Below the pieces are notes generated by a model. It was not told the DNA's origin. It saw only the letters and a list, made by a program, of their open reading frames with translations, and made no database searches. Below, piece after piece: positions 47,533-60,183 of a stretch of DNA of 64,000 bases (within the stretch, counting starts at the first letter, position 1; every line of letters starts with the position of its first letter). Both the position numbers and the translations under genes were made by a program. Origin of the DNA: Macrostomum lignano (lineage: Eukaryota); NCBI GenBank assembly GCA_002269645.1, contig NIVC01002960.1, positions 64,477-128,476 on the forward strand. Direction: 5' to 3'.

Positions 47533-48870
47533 GGCAGACAGACAGATAGACAGACAGGCAGACAGACAGACAGGACTCACCATTTCTACAACTGTCCCGT
47601 TGCCATCCTGTTTTCTCCACATGTCCTCAAAGCAGATCTTGGCCACTTCGGGCTGCCCGCAGTCGCTGGAGTTGTCGCATTGCCAAAAAAGGTGCAGCAG
47701 CTGGTCGGAGCCGTTTTGCAGGACCTTAGCGTGCAGGGGCAGCGTCTGCTCAGCTGCGGGTTGAACCGCGATGTTTTTTGAAAACTTTGCTTAACTTTGC
47801 ATGCGGGAACTTGGTTAGCAACCCGTCTGTTTTCAGTCGCCTACTTGATTTTCCGTCTGCCTACCTGTCCTTCTGCTAGCCTACCTGTCCTTCTGCTAGC
47901 CTACCTGTCCTTCTGGTAGCCTACCTGACCTTCTGGTAGCCTACCTGTACTTCTGATAGCCTACCTGTCCTTCTGGTAGCCTACCTGTTCTTCTGGTAGC
48001 CTACCTGTCCTTCTGGTAGCCTTACCTGACCTTCTGGTAGCCTTCCTGTCCTTCTGGTAGCCTACCTGACCTTCTGGTAGCCTACCTGTCCTTCTGGTAG
48101 CCTTCCTGTCCTTCTGGCAGCCTACTTGTCCTTCTGATAGCCTACCTGTCCTTCTGGTAGCCTACCTGACCTTCTGGTAGCCTACCTGTCCTGCTAGCCT
48201 ACCTGTCCTTCTGGTAGCCTACCTGACCTTCTGGTAGCCTACCTGTACTTCTGATAGCCTACCTGTCCTTATGGTAGCCTACCTGTCCTTCTGGTACCCT
48301 TACCTGACCTTCTGGTAGCCTACCTGTCCTTCTGGTAGCCTACCTGTCCTTCTGGTAGCCTACCTGTCCTTCTGGTAGCCTACCTGACCTTCTGGTAGCC
48401 TACCTGTCCTTCTGCTAGCCTACCTGTCCTTCTGCTAGCCTACCTGTACTTCTGGTAGCCTACCTGTCCTTCTGGTAGCCTTCCTGTCCTTCTGGCAGCC
48501 TACTTGTCCTTCTGATAGCCTACCTGTCCTTCTGCTAGCCTACCTGTCCTTCTGGTAGCCTACCTGTCCTTCTGGTAGCCTTCCTGTCCTTCTGGCAGCC
48601 TACTTGTCCTTCTGATAGCCTACCTGTCCTTCTGGTAGCCTACCTGACCTTCTGGTAGCCTACCTGTCCTTCTGATAGCCTACCTGTCCTTCTGGTAGCC
48701 TACCTGTCTTTCTGGTAGCCTTCTTGTCCTTCTGGTAGCCTACCTTTTTGGATGCTTGTCAGATTTTCTGGTTGCGCGAGTCAGGCGAGTCTCTTACCTG
48801 GGCAGCAACATGGGAAGCTGCAAGCTGAGATGAAGGCAGCCAGCGCCACCAAACAACTGCGAAGGGTCAT
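44220..48870 (-). CDS. Orphan type I membrane glycoprotein, about 272 aa
   Basis: Exons 48870-48798, 47753-47581, 47110-46991, 46634-46535, 44572-44220 sum to 819 nt, in frame. Signal peptide MTLRSCLVALAAFISAC; sequons NGS, NSS, NGT, NCS; TM WVGLVAGTAATFLVAACAILIAWALL. The exon 3 acceptor is uncertain. Confidence 0.65.
44605..46385. repeat. Pyrimidine-rich (CTCCCTCTGTCT-type) 13-14 bp satellite
   Basis: Direct reading; intronic. Confidence 0.97.
46690..46925. repeat. 12-bp repeat GACGGGTAGAGT
   Basis: Direct reading. Confidence 0.95.
47125..47573. repeat. (CAGA)n microsatellite filling an intron
   Basis: Direct reading. Confidence 0.97.
47865..48745. repeat. 20-bp minisatellite TAGCCTACCTGTCCTTCTGG
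   Basis: Direct reading. Confidence 0.97.
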
Positions 48871-49519
48871 GGGAGGCGGAGATATTGCACTGCGAATTTC
48901 TGAGCACCTCTGCGGCCAGCTGCGGCACTTGCTAGCTGAGATTGTAGCCTGCAAGGTGTGTCTGAGCTGAGACAGCTATACTTAAGCTAGAGTAAGCCCT
49001 GTTACTGTGCCATTGTTCTCCATCTGTCTCTCTGCCTCTGTTTGTACACTCTGCTTTCACACTATCCTGTTTTCTTGTTTTCTTGTTTGGTTGATTCATC
49101 CACAGCGTCTCATTGCCGAAGTCCTGCATCTAAAGCTTTTTATTTATTTCCGGTACCTGTCGAGTGGTAACTGCGACTGGGCTTACCGGAAAAAATATTT
49201 TTAAGAATAATCTTAGCTTAATTTAATGAAGAAATGAGAGAAGCATCGATTCAAATGCTTGCGGAGCATCTACAATGAATACATTCCGGATGAAGAAAAT
49301 TTAAATGTAAAAGTATGTCTTAGAGCTTCATGTTCTGATATTTAAAAAGGTCCTTACATCCTTATTAATGCGGCTTGCTGCATACGAGTAGCTTACTTAA
49401 AGTAGCTATCCGTGATGTTGAAGTTTAAGCTTTTACCACAAAAATTGCCCTGATGAGGTTACGGTTTTTTCTCGTGGTTTCCCACCGAGACTTGAATGGA
49501 AAACAGCTGTAAATCTCAA

Positions 49520-49875
49520 GGGGGACTCCGAAACTCCAGGTGGGAAAACTCCCAAAACTCCAGGTGGTAAAATGCGGTGGGAAAACTCCGGTTGGGAAAA
49601 CTCCAGGTGGGAAAACTCCAGTGGAAAAACTCCGAAACTCCGGGTGGGAAAACTCCGAAACTCCAGGTGGGAAAGCTCCGAAAACTTCAGGTGGGAAAAC
49701 ACCGAAACTCCAGGTGGAAAAACTCCGAAACTCCAGGTGGGAAAACTCCGAAACTCCAGGTGGGAAAACTCCGAAAACTCCAGGTGGGAAAACTCCGAAA
49801 ACTCCAGGTGGGAAAACTCCGAAAACTCCAGGTGGGAAAACTCCGGTGGGAAAACTCCGAAAACTCCAGGTGGAG
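49520..49875. repeat. About 24-bp minisatellite GAAAACTCCAGGTGGGAAAACTCC
   Basis: Direct reading. Confidence 0.92.
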
Positions 49876-50605
49876 CCTGAAGCCATCCCAGCTTAGGGAT
49901 GAGAATGCACTCGCAATTGAAGCAAAACGAGCTATCCTCCTCATTTGAAAAAAAAATATTATTTTCCTGAGCCTGCCAGGCCATGCAAAAGCAATTACAT
50001 GTATAATGCAAGTCAATCTGCTACATTCTAGGGAGCTGTACATTCACTCCACAGTTGTTGGACTGCAACTGCGACAGGCCGTACGGCAGTGCAGAAATCC
50101 AGCAAGCTCTTGCTTGAGACGAAAGACCGCTTCTCTAACCTGCCCGCTCAGCTCAAGCCCGGCCGAGACACAGGGACAAGCCTGCGCCTTCTCTAAACAC
50201 TTCTCCTGACACATGCAATGTACATTGCAGGCGGTGAGTACGCAGGTGGTACGGGGGCTTGGAGTTTCAGGGGGGGAAGAGGGGCGGTCGCGAAGGTAAG
50301 GGCAGGGGGGTCCCTCGCTGCTTCATTATTGTTCACCCCCTCGCCTTGCGCACACGGGGTCAGGGAGAGAGGGGGAGAGAGAGGGAGAGGGGCGCGGAGC
50401 CCCACCTCACCTCCGCCGCCTTGTCCACAGCTATTCAAGAGCAACCCCCTGCCCCCGCAAGTCGCACAAGCGCGAGAGAAACCCCGGAAGTGACTCGGCG
50501 CAGCTCAGTGGATTTCATTAGGAGCAGCTAAAGAATTCTCAAGCCACCGACTTTGGGCAGAGCGAGGCCGGCAGCAGAGGCGACAAAGGCAGCTCCGGCA
50601 AAACA

Positions 50606-52635
50606 ATGGCCGACCCCGTGCGCGCGACCGTGTTCGGCCTGATTGTGATCGGCTTCATTCTCAGCTTCATCGGCCTGGTCACCCCGTTCTGGGGCATGGG
50701 CCTGCTCACCCGGCTGGACAAGCAGAAGGGCGTGCTGGAGAGCCTGGTTAACAACTGGGACAATCCCAACTTCATCAAGGCCAGCATCTGGAACTCCGAG
50801 GACTGGTGGCCTGAGATCAGCGCCACTGGTGAGTCTGGGTGATGGGGTGGCTGGGAAGGGGTTGATACCCTCCCAGATCCTCAGTTGCCGCCCTCCCAGA
50901 TCCTCAGTTGCTGGGCCAGCCTCCCAGATCCTCAGCTGCTTCCCTCCCAGATCCTCAGCTGCCGCCTTCCCAGATCCTCAGTTGCCGCCCTCCCAGATTC
51001 TCAGCTGCCGCCTTCCCAGATCCTCAGTTGCCGCCCTCCCAGATCCTCAGCTGATACCTTCCCAGATCCTCAGTTGCTGAGCCAGCCTCCAAGATCCTCA
51101 GTTGGTGGGCCAGCCTCCCAGATCGTCAGCTGCCAACCGCCCAGATCCTCAGTGGCTGCCCTATCAAATTCTCAGTTGCTGGGCCCCCTCCCCAGAAAAA
51201 TTAAGATAATAATCGGAATGCAATCAACCCAGGAAAGCAAAAATCAGTGGCAGTGAGGCAGATTAAAGGATTTCTTTGCTTGTTTCCCTATTGATTCCCA
51301 ATTCCCTGCTGTCTCCATCAGATCCCAGATTATCAAAGGAAATTTCCCATAAATGCAGCTGCCCCCGGGGGCATCTCGATTCGCGGAGGTTCGGGCAGCC
51401 AAGCCGAGTTTCTTTTGTGCTGATTTTCAATGCCTCGTGCCGCATCTCCTCAATCCTGGATCCCAGTCCATCCAGGCATCACACAGCTCATCCCCAACCC
51501 TCTCCGCTGGGCTTTCAGGCAAGGGCGTGAAGGGCAAGGGCGACCTGCTAGAGGCGAAAGTCTGCGCCATCTTTGCCATCCTGACGGGAGTCGCGGCTCT
51601 GATCAGCCAGGGAGTTCACGCCTTCTCGGCCAGGCACCGCCTGGACAAACTCTGCACCGTCATGGCCAGCGGCTTCCAGGTCACCGCTGGTGAGTTGAGG
51701 GATTGGGAGAGTAGAGGGTTGGGAGATTAGAGGGACTGAGAGAGTAGAGGGTTGGGAGAGTAGAGATGTTGGGAGAGTAGAGATGTTGGGAGAGTAGAGG
51801 GACTGAGAGAGTAGAGGGTTGGGAGAGTAGAGATGTTGGGAGAGTAGAGATGTTGGGAGAGTAGAGGGACTGAGAGAGTAGAGGGTTGGGAGAGTAGAGG
51901 GGTTGGGAGAGAGATTCTAGTCGTTAAAAGAGAGGTAGGGATATCAAGAAGGCAGTGCAGGGAGACTGAGAGACCAGCTGTCACATCAGAGTCAGGAAGG
52001 CAGTGCAGGGAGACTGAGAGACCAGCTGTCACATCAGAGTCAGGAAGGCAGTGCAGGGAGACTGAGAGACCAGCTGTCACATCAGAGTCAGGAAGGCAGT
52101 GCAGGGAGACTGAGAGACCAGCTGTCACATCAGAGTCAGGAAGGCAGTGCAGGGAGACTGAGAGACCAGCTGTCACATCAGAGTCAGGAAGGCAGTGCAG
52201 GGAGACTGAGAGACCAGCTGTCACATCAGAGTCAGGAAGGCAGTGCAGGGAGACTGAGAGACCAGCTGTCACATCAGAGTCAGGAAGGAAACCGGGTGCT
52301 CCGCAGGGGTGTTCGGCGGCGTGGTGAGCGGCATCATGGGCGGCTGCCTGACGAACAAGATGGCCTCGAACCCGCTGTTCCGCCTGGGCGACAGCTTCAT
52401 CCTCACGGTGCTGGGCAGCATCCTGTTCTCCGTCTGCGGCCTGTTCACAGTGTTCCACTTTGTGTACAGCTTCAAGGAGTCCGCGCTGGACAAGAAGATC
52501 CTGCTGCTGTACCCGGAGCTCAACAACCCGCAGTACGAGGGGACTCGGTACGCCGAGATGCCGCAGGACCCGTTCCCGACGTCCACCAGCATCGCGCCGC
52601 ACCTGCAGTCCAGCCAGGGCGAGTACACCGCCTGA
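50606..52635 (+). CDS. Claudin/PMP22-superfamily tetraspan protein, 240 aa
   Basis: Exons 50606-50828, 51519-51689, 52307-52635 sum to 723 nt. TM1 ends in TPFW; four hydrophobic segments; LGDSFILTVLG resembles the G[WY]SF motif before TM4. Confidence 0.8.
50865..51190. repeat. 23-bp minisatellite (CCTCCCAGATCCTCAGTTGCCGC) in claudin intron 1
   Basis: Direct reading. Confidence 0.88.
51710..52288. repeat. Purine-rich repeat (51710-51910) plus seven 48-bp units (51948-52288) in claudin intron 2
   Basis: Direct reading. Confidence 0.93.
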
Positions 52636-53317
52636 TGGTGTGCACTGGCCAGAGGGAACTTCCGCTAACTACTGACTGAGTCACGAGTAGTGCGATAGGG
52701 ACATTGCAGGAGAAATTAAGTAGCAAAAGTAAAGTAGGTCGGCTGTGTTGCCATGGTGATAATTTATAATTGTCATTAATAATCGTGTTTCTGCACCCAA
52801 GTTTTGTTTACCTGAACTGTGTCGCATGTCGCTACTTGATCAGTAGTTTATTTGCACGCTTATGTACCAGTTTTAATTACTTATTGTACATCAGTGTCAG
52901 TGAAGAAATTGTTTTTACGAAGCATTGTAGATACTGAATGAAGGCTGGCACCATCCGGAACCATTTTTATTGTTTATTGATTTTTCGAATATTCCATCTA
53001 TCGAGCAATTAAATATTTCGAAATGTACGCTTTTCACTTGTATTGATTTCACGTAACTAAAATTACATGTGTACGCTATAATACATTACTAACCATCAGT
53101 GCATAACAAGTGGATAACAACTATAGCCACCTAAAAATCCTATCTTTAACCTGATTGGTCAATGACAGTTCTTTTAAAAGTACATTCGCATCTGTTCTGT
53201 TGAACTTACCCTGCTAACCAGTAACACCGCAGCATTTTACTTTATTTGTTTGCGCTTGCAAATTCGTGTGCAAACTCGGGGTGCAAATTCGGGTGCAAAT
53301 TCGGGTGCACCAACATT

Positions 53318-53878
53318 CAGGGTGTGGGGTTTAGACAGGTATTGAGGGTGTGGGGTTTAGACAGGTATTGAGGGTGTGGGGTTTAGACAGGTATTGAGGG
53401 TGTGGGGTTTAGACAGGTATTGATGGTGTGGGATTTAGACAGGTATTGAGGGTGTGGGGTTTAGACAGGTATTGAGGGTGTGGGGTTTAGACAGGTATTG
53501 AGGGTGTGGGGTTTAGACAGGTATTGAGGGTGTGGGGTTTAGACAGGTATTGAGGGTGTGGGGTTTAGACAGGTATTGAGGGTGTGGGGTTTAGACAGGT
53601 ATTGAGGGTGTGGGGTTTAGACAGGTATTGAGGGTGTGGGGTTTAGACAGGTATTGAGGGTGTGGGGTTTAGACACAGGAATTCAGTGTGGGATTTAGAC
53701 ACAGGAATTCAGTGTGGGATTTAGACACAGGAATTCAGTGTGGGATTTAGACACAGGTATTCAGTGTGGGATTTAGACACAGGTATTCAGTGTGGGATTT
53801 AGACACAGGTATTCAGTGTGGGATTTAGACACAGGTATTCAGTGTGGGATTTAGACACAGGTATTCAGTGTGGGATTT
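53318..53878. repeat. Two related 25-27 bp minisatellites (GTGTGGGGTTTAGACAGGTATTGA / GTGTGGGATTTAGACACAGGTATTCA)
   Basis: Direct reading; the unit changes at about 53670. Confidence 0.95.
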
Positions 53879-54070
53879 GTATGCCACAGACAGCTCGCAA
53901 GAACCAGTGGCTATAAGTCAGGCTGAGCCTATCATAGAATTTTATTTGATACAGGACACCATCACAGCGGACACGCTTAGCAGTACTGCATGCTTCTCAA
54001 ATGAAAAATACACTACTCGTACTGTTAGTCTCTCGGGGATTCGATCCGCCTCGTGCTCAGCTAGAGGATC

Positions 54071-54613
54071 TCAACTGTAAACCTGCCTATAAACCTGAGT
54101 TGCAACTTCGTCCTCACCGCTGATGCGATGGGTTCGCTTCTTGTCCTGCTTTTTCTTCTTTTTCTTGGCCTTGTCTGCTTCCGGCTCTGCCGCTGCCTGC
54201 GGCGTTGTTTCTTGTGGAAGTGGCGGCGGAGGCGGCGCCTTCACCGGCAGCGGCTGCGGCTTCAAAAAGCGACGGCGGAGGCGGCAGACGGCGGCCACCT
54301 GGCGCAGCGACCGCCAGCGCGGCGAATCGGTGGCGGCGGCAGCGGCGGCGGTGGTGTCCCCGGTGACTTCAGAGAGCACCAGCGGCCGGCAGACGGGCTG
54401 CAGCCGCTCCAGCACCCAGCGCTCCGGCATTCGCAGGTGCACCGCTCCGCCAGCGCTGGCCGCGGCAGCCGAGCCGTCCTGGTTGACCAGGCTGACCGGA
54501 GCTGCCGATGGCGCGCTGGTCGGCTCCGGCTGGTCGAAGGCGGGCGTCAAGTTCAGCGAACGGAGCTCCGCGTCCGAGACTGCCGTGGAGACTTCGACCA
54601 GACAGTAGTCCAT
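54071..54613 (-). CDS. Hypothetical protein or exon (Ala/Pro-rich, poly-Lys stretch)
   Basis: GC-rich 180-aa ORF; possible donor G|GTGAGG near 54118; no family recognised. Confidence 0.4.
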   Translation of the reverse strand: MDYCLVEVSTAVSDAELRSLNLTPAFDQPEPTSAPSAAPVSLVNQDGSAAAASAGGAVHLRMPERWVLERLQPVCRPLVLSEVTGDTTAAAAAATDSPRWRSLRQVAAVCRLRRRFLKPQPLPVKAPPPPPLPQETTPQAAAEPEADKAKKKKKKQDKKRTHRISGEDEVATQVYRQVYS

Positions 54614-54639
54614 GTCCGCCAGGAATGGAAACCACGGGT

Positions 54640-55375
54640 AGGATCAGGGATAGAGAAACGGGAACTGAGGAGATCAGGGATGAGAAAGGGGAACTGAGGG
54701 AGATCAGGGATGGAGAAACGGGAACTGAGGAGATCAGGGATGGAGAAACGGGAACTGAGGAGATCAGGGATGAAGAAACGAGAACTGAGGAGATCAGGGA
54801 TGGAGAAACGGGAACTGAGGAGATCAGGGATGGAGAAACGGGAACTGAGGGAGATCAGGGATGGAGAAACGGGAACTGAGGGAGATCAGGGATGGGGAAT
54901 CGGGAACTGAGGAGATCAGGGATGGGGAATCGGGAACTGAGGGGATTAGGGATGGGGAATCGGGAACTGAGGGGATTAGGGATGGGGAATCGGGAACTGA
55001 GGGAAATCAGGGATGGGGAATCGGGAACTGGGGGGATTAGGGATGGGGAATCGGGAACTGGGGGATTAGGGATGGGGAATCGGGAACTGAGGGAAATCAG
55101 GGATGGGGAATCGGGAACTGAGGGGATTAGGGATGGGGAATCGGGAACTGAGAGGATTAGGGATGGGGAATCGGGAACTGAGGGAAATCAGGGATGGGGA
55201 ATCGGGAACTGAAGGGAGATCAGGGATGGGGAATCGGGAACTGAAGAGAGATCAAGGATAGGGAATCGGGAACTGAAGGGAGATCAGGGATGGGGAATCG
55301 GGAACTGAAGAGAGATCAAGGATGGGGAATCGGGAACTGAGGGAGATAAGGAATTAGGAACCAGGAACTGAGGGG
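54640..55375. repeat. 29-30 bp minisatellite (GGAGATCAGGGATGG[A/G]GAA[A/T]CGGGAACTGA)
   Basis: Direct reading. Confidence 0.95.
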
Positions 55376-56830
55376 ATCAATGATTCTTTTTTTCAAATAC
55401 AGTGTATGGTGTATGAAAAATTGTATATGCAAAATTTATTATGTTAAGTATATACAAAATTAACAACTTTGTTATCAAGAAATATAACAATTAGGCCCAT
55501 TTTTGCTCCAAAATGGCTTGAAGATACTAATATATCATAATTTACTAAATAATATATTGGAATGCATAAAAATCTTTGTACTTTTTCTTATCAATAGATA
55601 CACTTACATAAATAGTCAAAGATGGCTTGTGTAGTCAAGAGGTTGGTCTATAGCAAAAATAGAATTATAAACTACATTTTAGTTGCATGTACTTATATGC
55701 AAGAATAAATTTTTATACCTATTAAATGCTTATAATACCTGCAAAAAATAATACCATTTTTATAATCTGGTCTAGCCTTAAATCTGGTCTTAAATATTAA
55801 ATATTTAAACACTAAGCCTACTAGATCCCTATTTATATTTATAATCTCTAGGCTATGCATGACCACAAACTAATGGCCATCTTACATAATACAAGTGTAT
55901 TTATTTCTATAAAAGGCAGTGCTATTAACAAAACAAGAAATATCCTAGTTTCTTAATATTAAGCTATTTTGATACTAGATTTTTAACAAATGAAAACAAG
56001 TTTATTAATGCATACTTAAAGTCTTATAAGGCCTTATGTTTAAGGTTGAGATAAAAAAATATAGTGATTGACAAGCATGTAATTAGGAAGTGCATTGTAT
56101 GCTTACTAGCCATCTATCAGTCAAAATGTATATCTTAGGCAACACATATTAGCTAGGCCTATTGCTTTAATTTGCAATAGTGACTTAGCAGACCTTAAAT
56201 ATACTTTAATAAACTTGTTTTAGGCCTAGTTCATTTGTTAAAAAACTAATGTCAAAATAATTTAATGCTAGAAATTAGGACATTGCCTTAAAACCATATT
56301 TGCCAAAATTACCTTTGCAAAAAATCCAAAATGTCTTGGGCTAGGCCTATATTTCATTAAAATACCATAGGCCTACTATAAAAAAACTAACTTGTTAAAA
56401 ATTACAAATTTTGAGTAGGCTAAGATAATGGTATTTAAGAATAAGATATTTTTATTTTTGTAGGCCAATCTCAAATGACAAATACCTTAAATTGCCTTAT
56501 ATTTATAGTTATACTCTATAGCTATAGGCCCTAGCTAGGCCAAAACTAAACTCAAAATTTTAAATTTACTTGTTATAAACCCTAGTTCTACTTCTAGTCT
56601 AGATTAGATTGCAACATAACAAATAACTGAATATTAAATAACTTAGTTATATTATAATGCCTACTTGGCTTTTTTAGATCTATTATCACAGATAACTCAT
56701 TTTTAGTATATTGGACTCTAGCTTTGTGAAATAAATTAGGGCTAAAATTATCAAATAGGCCCTAAGACACAAAAGATAATCATAATGTTACAAGCATAAG
56801 GTGAGTAAGTGATTAAAATTAAAGGCATGG
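55333..56830. other. Second AT-rich island with no CpG seen
   Basis: Line-by-line scan found no CG between 55332 and 56831, while GC, CTAG and TAGGCC are frequent. Confidence 0.7.
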
Positions 56831-59800
56831 CGGCATGGCCCATTGCAATAGGTCTACCATAGGCGTCAACAAATAATGCCTATCACTCTTATCAGTATCA
56901 GTGACAGTAACAGTAACTCAGTTGTCAATGGCAATGTCAAATACAATTGATTTGAATCGGATGGATTCTTTATTGCCATATTGGATGAATTGATTGAATT
57001 CTAAGGAAACTTTCAGTTTATTATTTACTTCTGAGCCCAGTAACAACCAACAATGAGTTGTCTGGGATGTATCTGACCTATGATATTTTTCTATTCTTCA
57101 AGATCGTCAATCCTGGATGCCCACGTGCAGAGCATGGTTTCCTCGAAATTTCTAACAATTTAACGAGCTTTTCTACTCGTAGTTTAAAGCATGGGTGAAT
57201 AAAACCATGGTTTAAGGCCTGCCTCAGATATATGATACTTATTACATATCTCAGGCGATTTTGTCTGATTCACGATTCAAGATGATGTTGTCTGAGTTGA
57301 AGGCTGAGTTAAACAAAAAGGCAGGATTCAAATAACTTCGATGTTCTGCCTGAGCTCAGATAATTGGATTGCTCCTGATCAACCGCGCAGCTTTCAAGAA
57401 TTCATTACGTTTTATAATTTCACCTTATTATCATGCCAATCACCTGTTTAACCAGATATACTGGTATGGCCTGTCATTAATCTAGCTTCTGATCTCCCAG
57501 CTTGTAATTTGACAATTGTTGTGCCTGGGTGCACTTGCAAAACCTGGCACTCTCAGTCAAGTGTGCCCGGCGCCTGCACTTGTCCATTTTTCTCTCTCAG
57601 CCCCCCTAAGCTGCTAACTTGTTTGTGCCCCACCCATTTTTTTGCCCTCTAAGTTGTTTACGCGCCAGCCATGCGACCGCCCCCTAACTCTGCTGTGATT
57701 GGCTGACCCGCCCAAAGCTGTCTGCGTCCAGCTGCTTGTACCCTCCTTTGCCCTCTGATTGGCTATTGGTTTTTCGTGTAATTTTAGACTTGGCTTGAAC
57801 TGATCGTGGGTCGGAGACTCTATAGGGCTAAAAGTCAGTGGACCCACATAAGGAGATGTGTGGGGCGCAGCGGGCAGGTTGTTGACATTGCGGCGACCTC
57901 GCCCGTCAATTCGATCTACGCGATCGTACAAGTATAACAATAAGCGCCAACGGCCACACAGCCTGCTGCCTTACAACGTCGGTGCATTAGTGAGTAGCGC
58001 AAGAGCCGGGTAATATATTTACGATCGATTAAACGGCCATGCCACAACACAATATATATACATGTATACATGTATAGATGAAATGTATAGATGACAATGT
58101 GACCAAATAACCGTGTTAATTATTTTTAAGTTCCTCGCTGGCATTTCCTCATATTGTCAAATGCGAGTACTTAATTTTAAACGAGTATCCATGCAGACAC
58201 GGTAGCTGAACAGTGCAATTAGGTGCTTGTCCAACGGGGGTATTCGTTCAGTTTCACGCAGAAAGCAACACCAGGTTTCTGCAGTATCAGTGTACACACC
58301 CTCATTGATGGATGCCCCCAGAAGAGCTTCTGCAGCATGCGAAACCCATGCCTACACAACTGGGACTGTATCTTACCAATAGGGATTTGTTATACCATGC
58401 AGCATAGCCAATCTGTTTGCGCGAGGATGCGAGAAAGGCGCACTAGCTGCATGTGCGACAAACAATTCAGGCATTCCATTGTCGGCGAGGCAATTTTTAA
58501 AGCATTTTTTGTCTGCCGAACGTCTGCAGCTTTGACAGAAGCTCCGGGCATGATGAACGCGCAGGACCGACGCCCGCCGCTGGTGACCGCTTCTATTTAT
58601 ACGATCTTCCGAATCGGGACTGCAGCGCGGCGGGCAGGGTTGGGGGGCGAACCGAATCGCTTATCAAGCTGGGAGTTCAACCGCTGAAGTGCGCAGCAGC
58701 AAAGTTGGGAGGAGATGCATCGCTCACTGTTTTGACCAGTTCTCTTTGGACTTGAAAATATTTCGCGGACAGCGGCAGGGAGATTGCGTGCACGGGCGGG
58801 ATACACGGCATGCAGGCAGCAACCGGGGATAAATTCCCTTTTGGCCCGGCTGCAGCGGAAACAAAAATGCCTTTCTCGATCTATGCTGATCCCGAGAATC
58901 GAGAGAAAATCCTCTCGGAGACAATGCAGAGAGGCAGCAACACGCGCTCTCCTGTTGCGGCGTCAGATTTTGCAAACAAATTTTTAAGAGAGTGGCAAGA
59001 AGGTTTTGAGCAGCTCGCGGGCTGCGGGAGCGGCTGGCAATGCCGCATGCAATTTCACCGAAAGGTATTGGGGCGATCGCTCGGGATAGGGCAGCACACA
59101 AGGTGCCTAAGTGCCTTGATCGGCCCGAAGAATTCTTGACAAAAGCAATAGGAGAGGTTAGGGAGTCTTCTTGTTGCGCAGGAGCAGAATTTCTAAAGCC
59201 GTGATCCCCGGCCTCACGCTATAAGCCTTGGAAACACTTGGCAAGGCTGCCGATCCCGGGCAAGGGTTTAATTGAAGGTACTCATTCGCCCCGACTGGGT
59301 CGTCCCCGCCCTCTAGCCTCTGTCGACCAGCCGCTGCTGCACTTATGGTCACCGACTCAAGCGAGTCGTTGAAGCGGCTGGGACTCGGCGCGGAAGCATG
59401 TGTTCCCGTTCTCAATGCCGGACGGTCTGGAGATCAGTGGGGGGGGGGGGGGCTGGCGGACGCTTGGGTCTCGGAGCTTCGAGAGCTTTTTGCTGCTGTG
59501 GAGGCCGCAGGACAGATAGAAGGTTGAAGCAGAAAAACTGTGGGACAGCTCCCGACGGCAGAATAGAGGGCTGGCCAGGCGGTCATGGGAAGGGGGACCG
59601 AAGGAGACAGTTAGGGAGAAATTCCCAAGTTCTGCCTGGCTGGGATCAAACTTTTTTTCCACCGCGACCACGCATGCGTTGGTCTCTCTGAGCGAAGCCG
59701 CGTTTCAGTTAAATTTTTACTAATTAATAATTCTCCAGCCCAGGCCTGCGGCTCGCTTTATCCGATTAAAAGGTTCTGCTGGGGCCGGTTATTGCATTTG

Positions 59801-59868
59801 GCGGGCGCATCAACACGGGACAGACTGCAGTGCTGCCCAACAGGCAACAGGCAGTTGTGCCGCATTCT

Positions 59869-60183
59869 CAGTCAGTCAGTCAGTCAGTCAGTCAGTCAGT
59901 CAGTCAGTCAGTCAGTCAGTCAGTCAGTCAGTCAGTCAGTCAGTCAGTCAGTCAGTCAGTCAGTCAGTCAGTCAGTCAGTCAGTCAGTCAGTCAGTCAGT
60001 CAGTCAGTCAGTCAGTCAGTCAGTCAGTCAGTCAGTCAGTCAGTCAGTCAGTCAGTCAGTCAGTCAGTCAGTCAGTCAGTCAGTCAGTCAGTCAGTCAGT
60101 CAGTCAGTCAGTCAGTCAGTCAGTCAGTCAGTCAGTCAGTCAGTCAGTCAGTCAGTCAGTCAGTCAGTCAGTCAGTCAGTCAG
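59869..60183. repeat. Perfect (TCAG)n microsatellite
   Basis: Direct reading. Confidence 0.98.

Noticed and set aside
57255-57281. AILSDSRFK, resembling the hAT transposase LDPRFK motif
   Set aside because: One short imperfect motif in stop-containing sequence; no TIRs found.
58810-59139. 109-aa ORF with a possible donor near 59063, as an upstream DEG/ENaC exon
   Set aside because: No recognisable motif and no convincing in-phase link; the channel already has its own ATG and HG motif.
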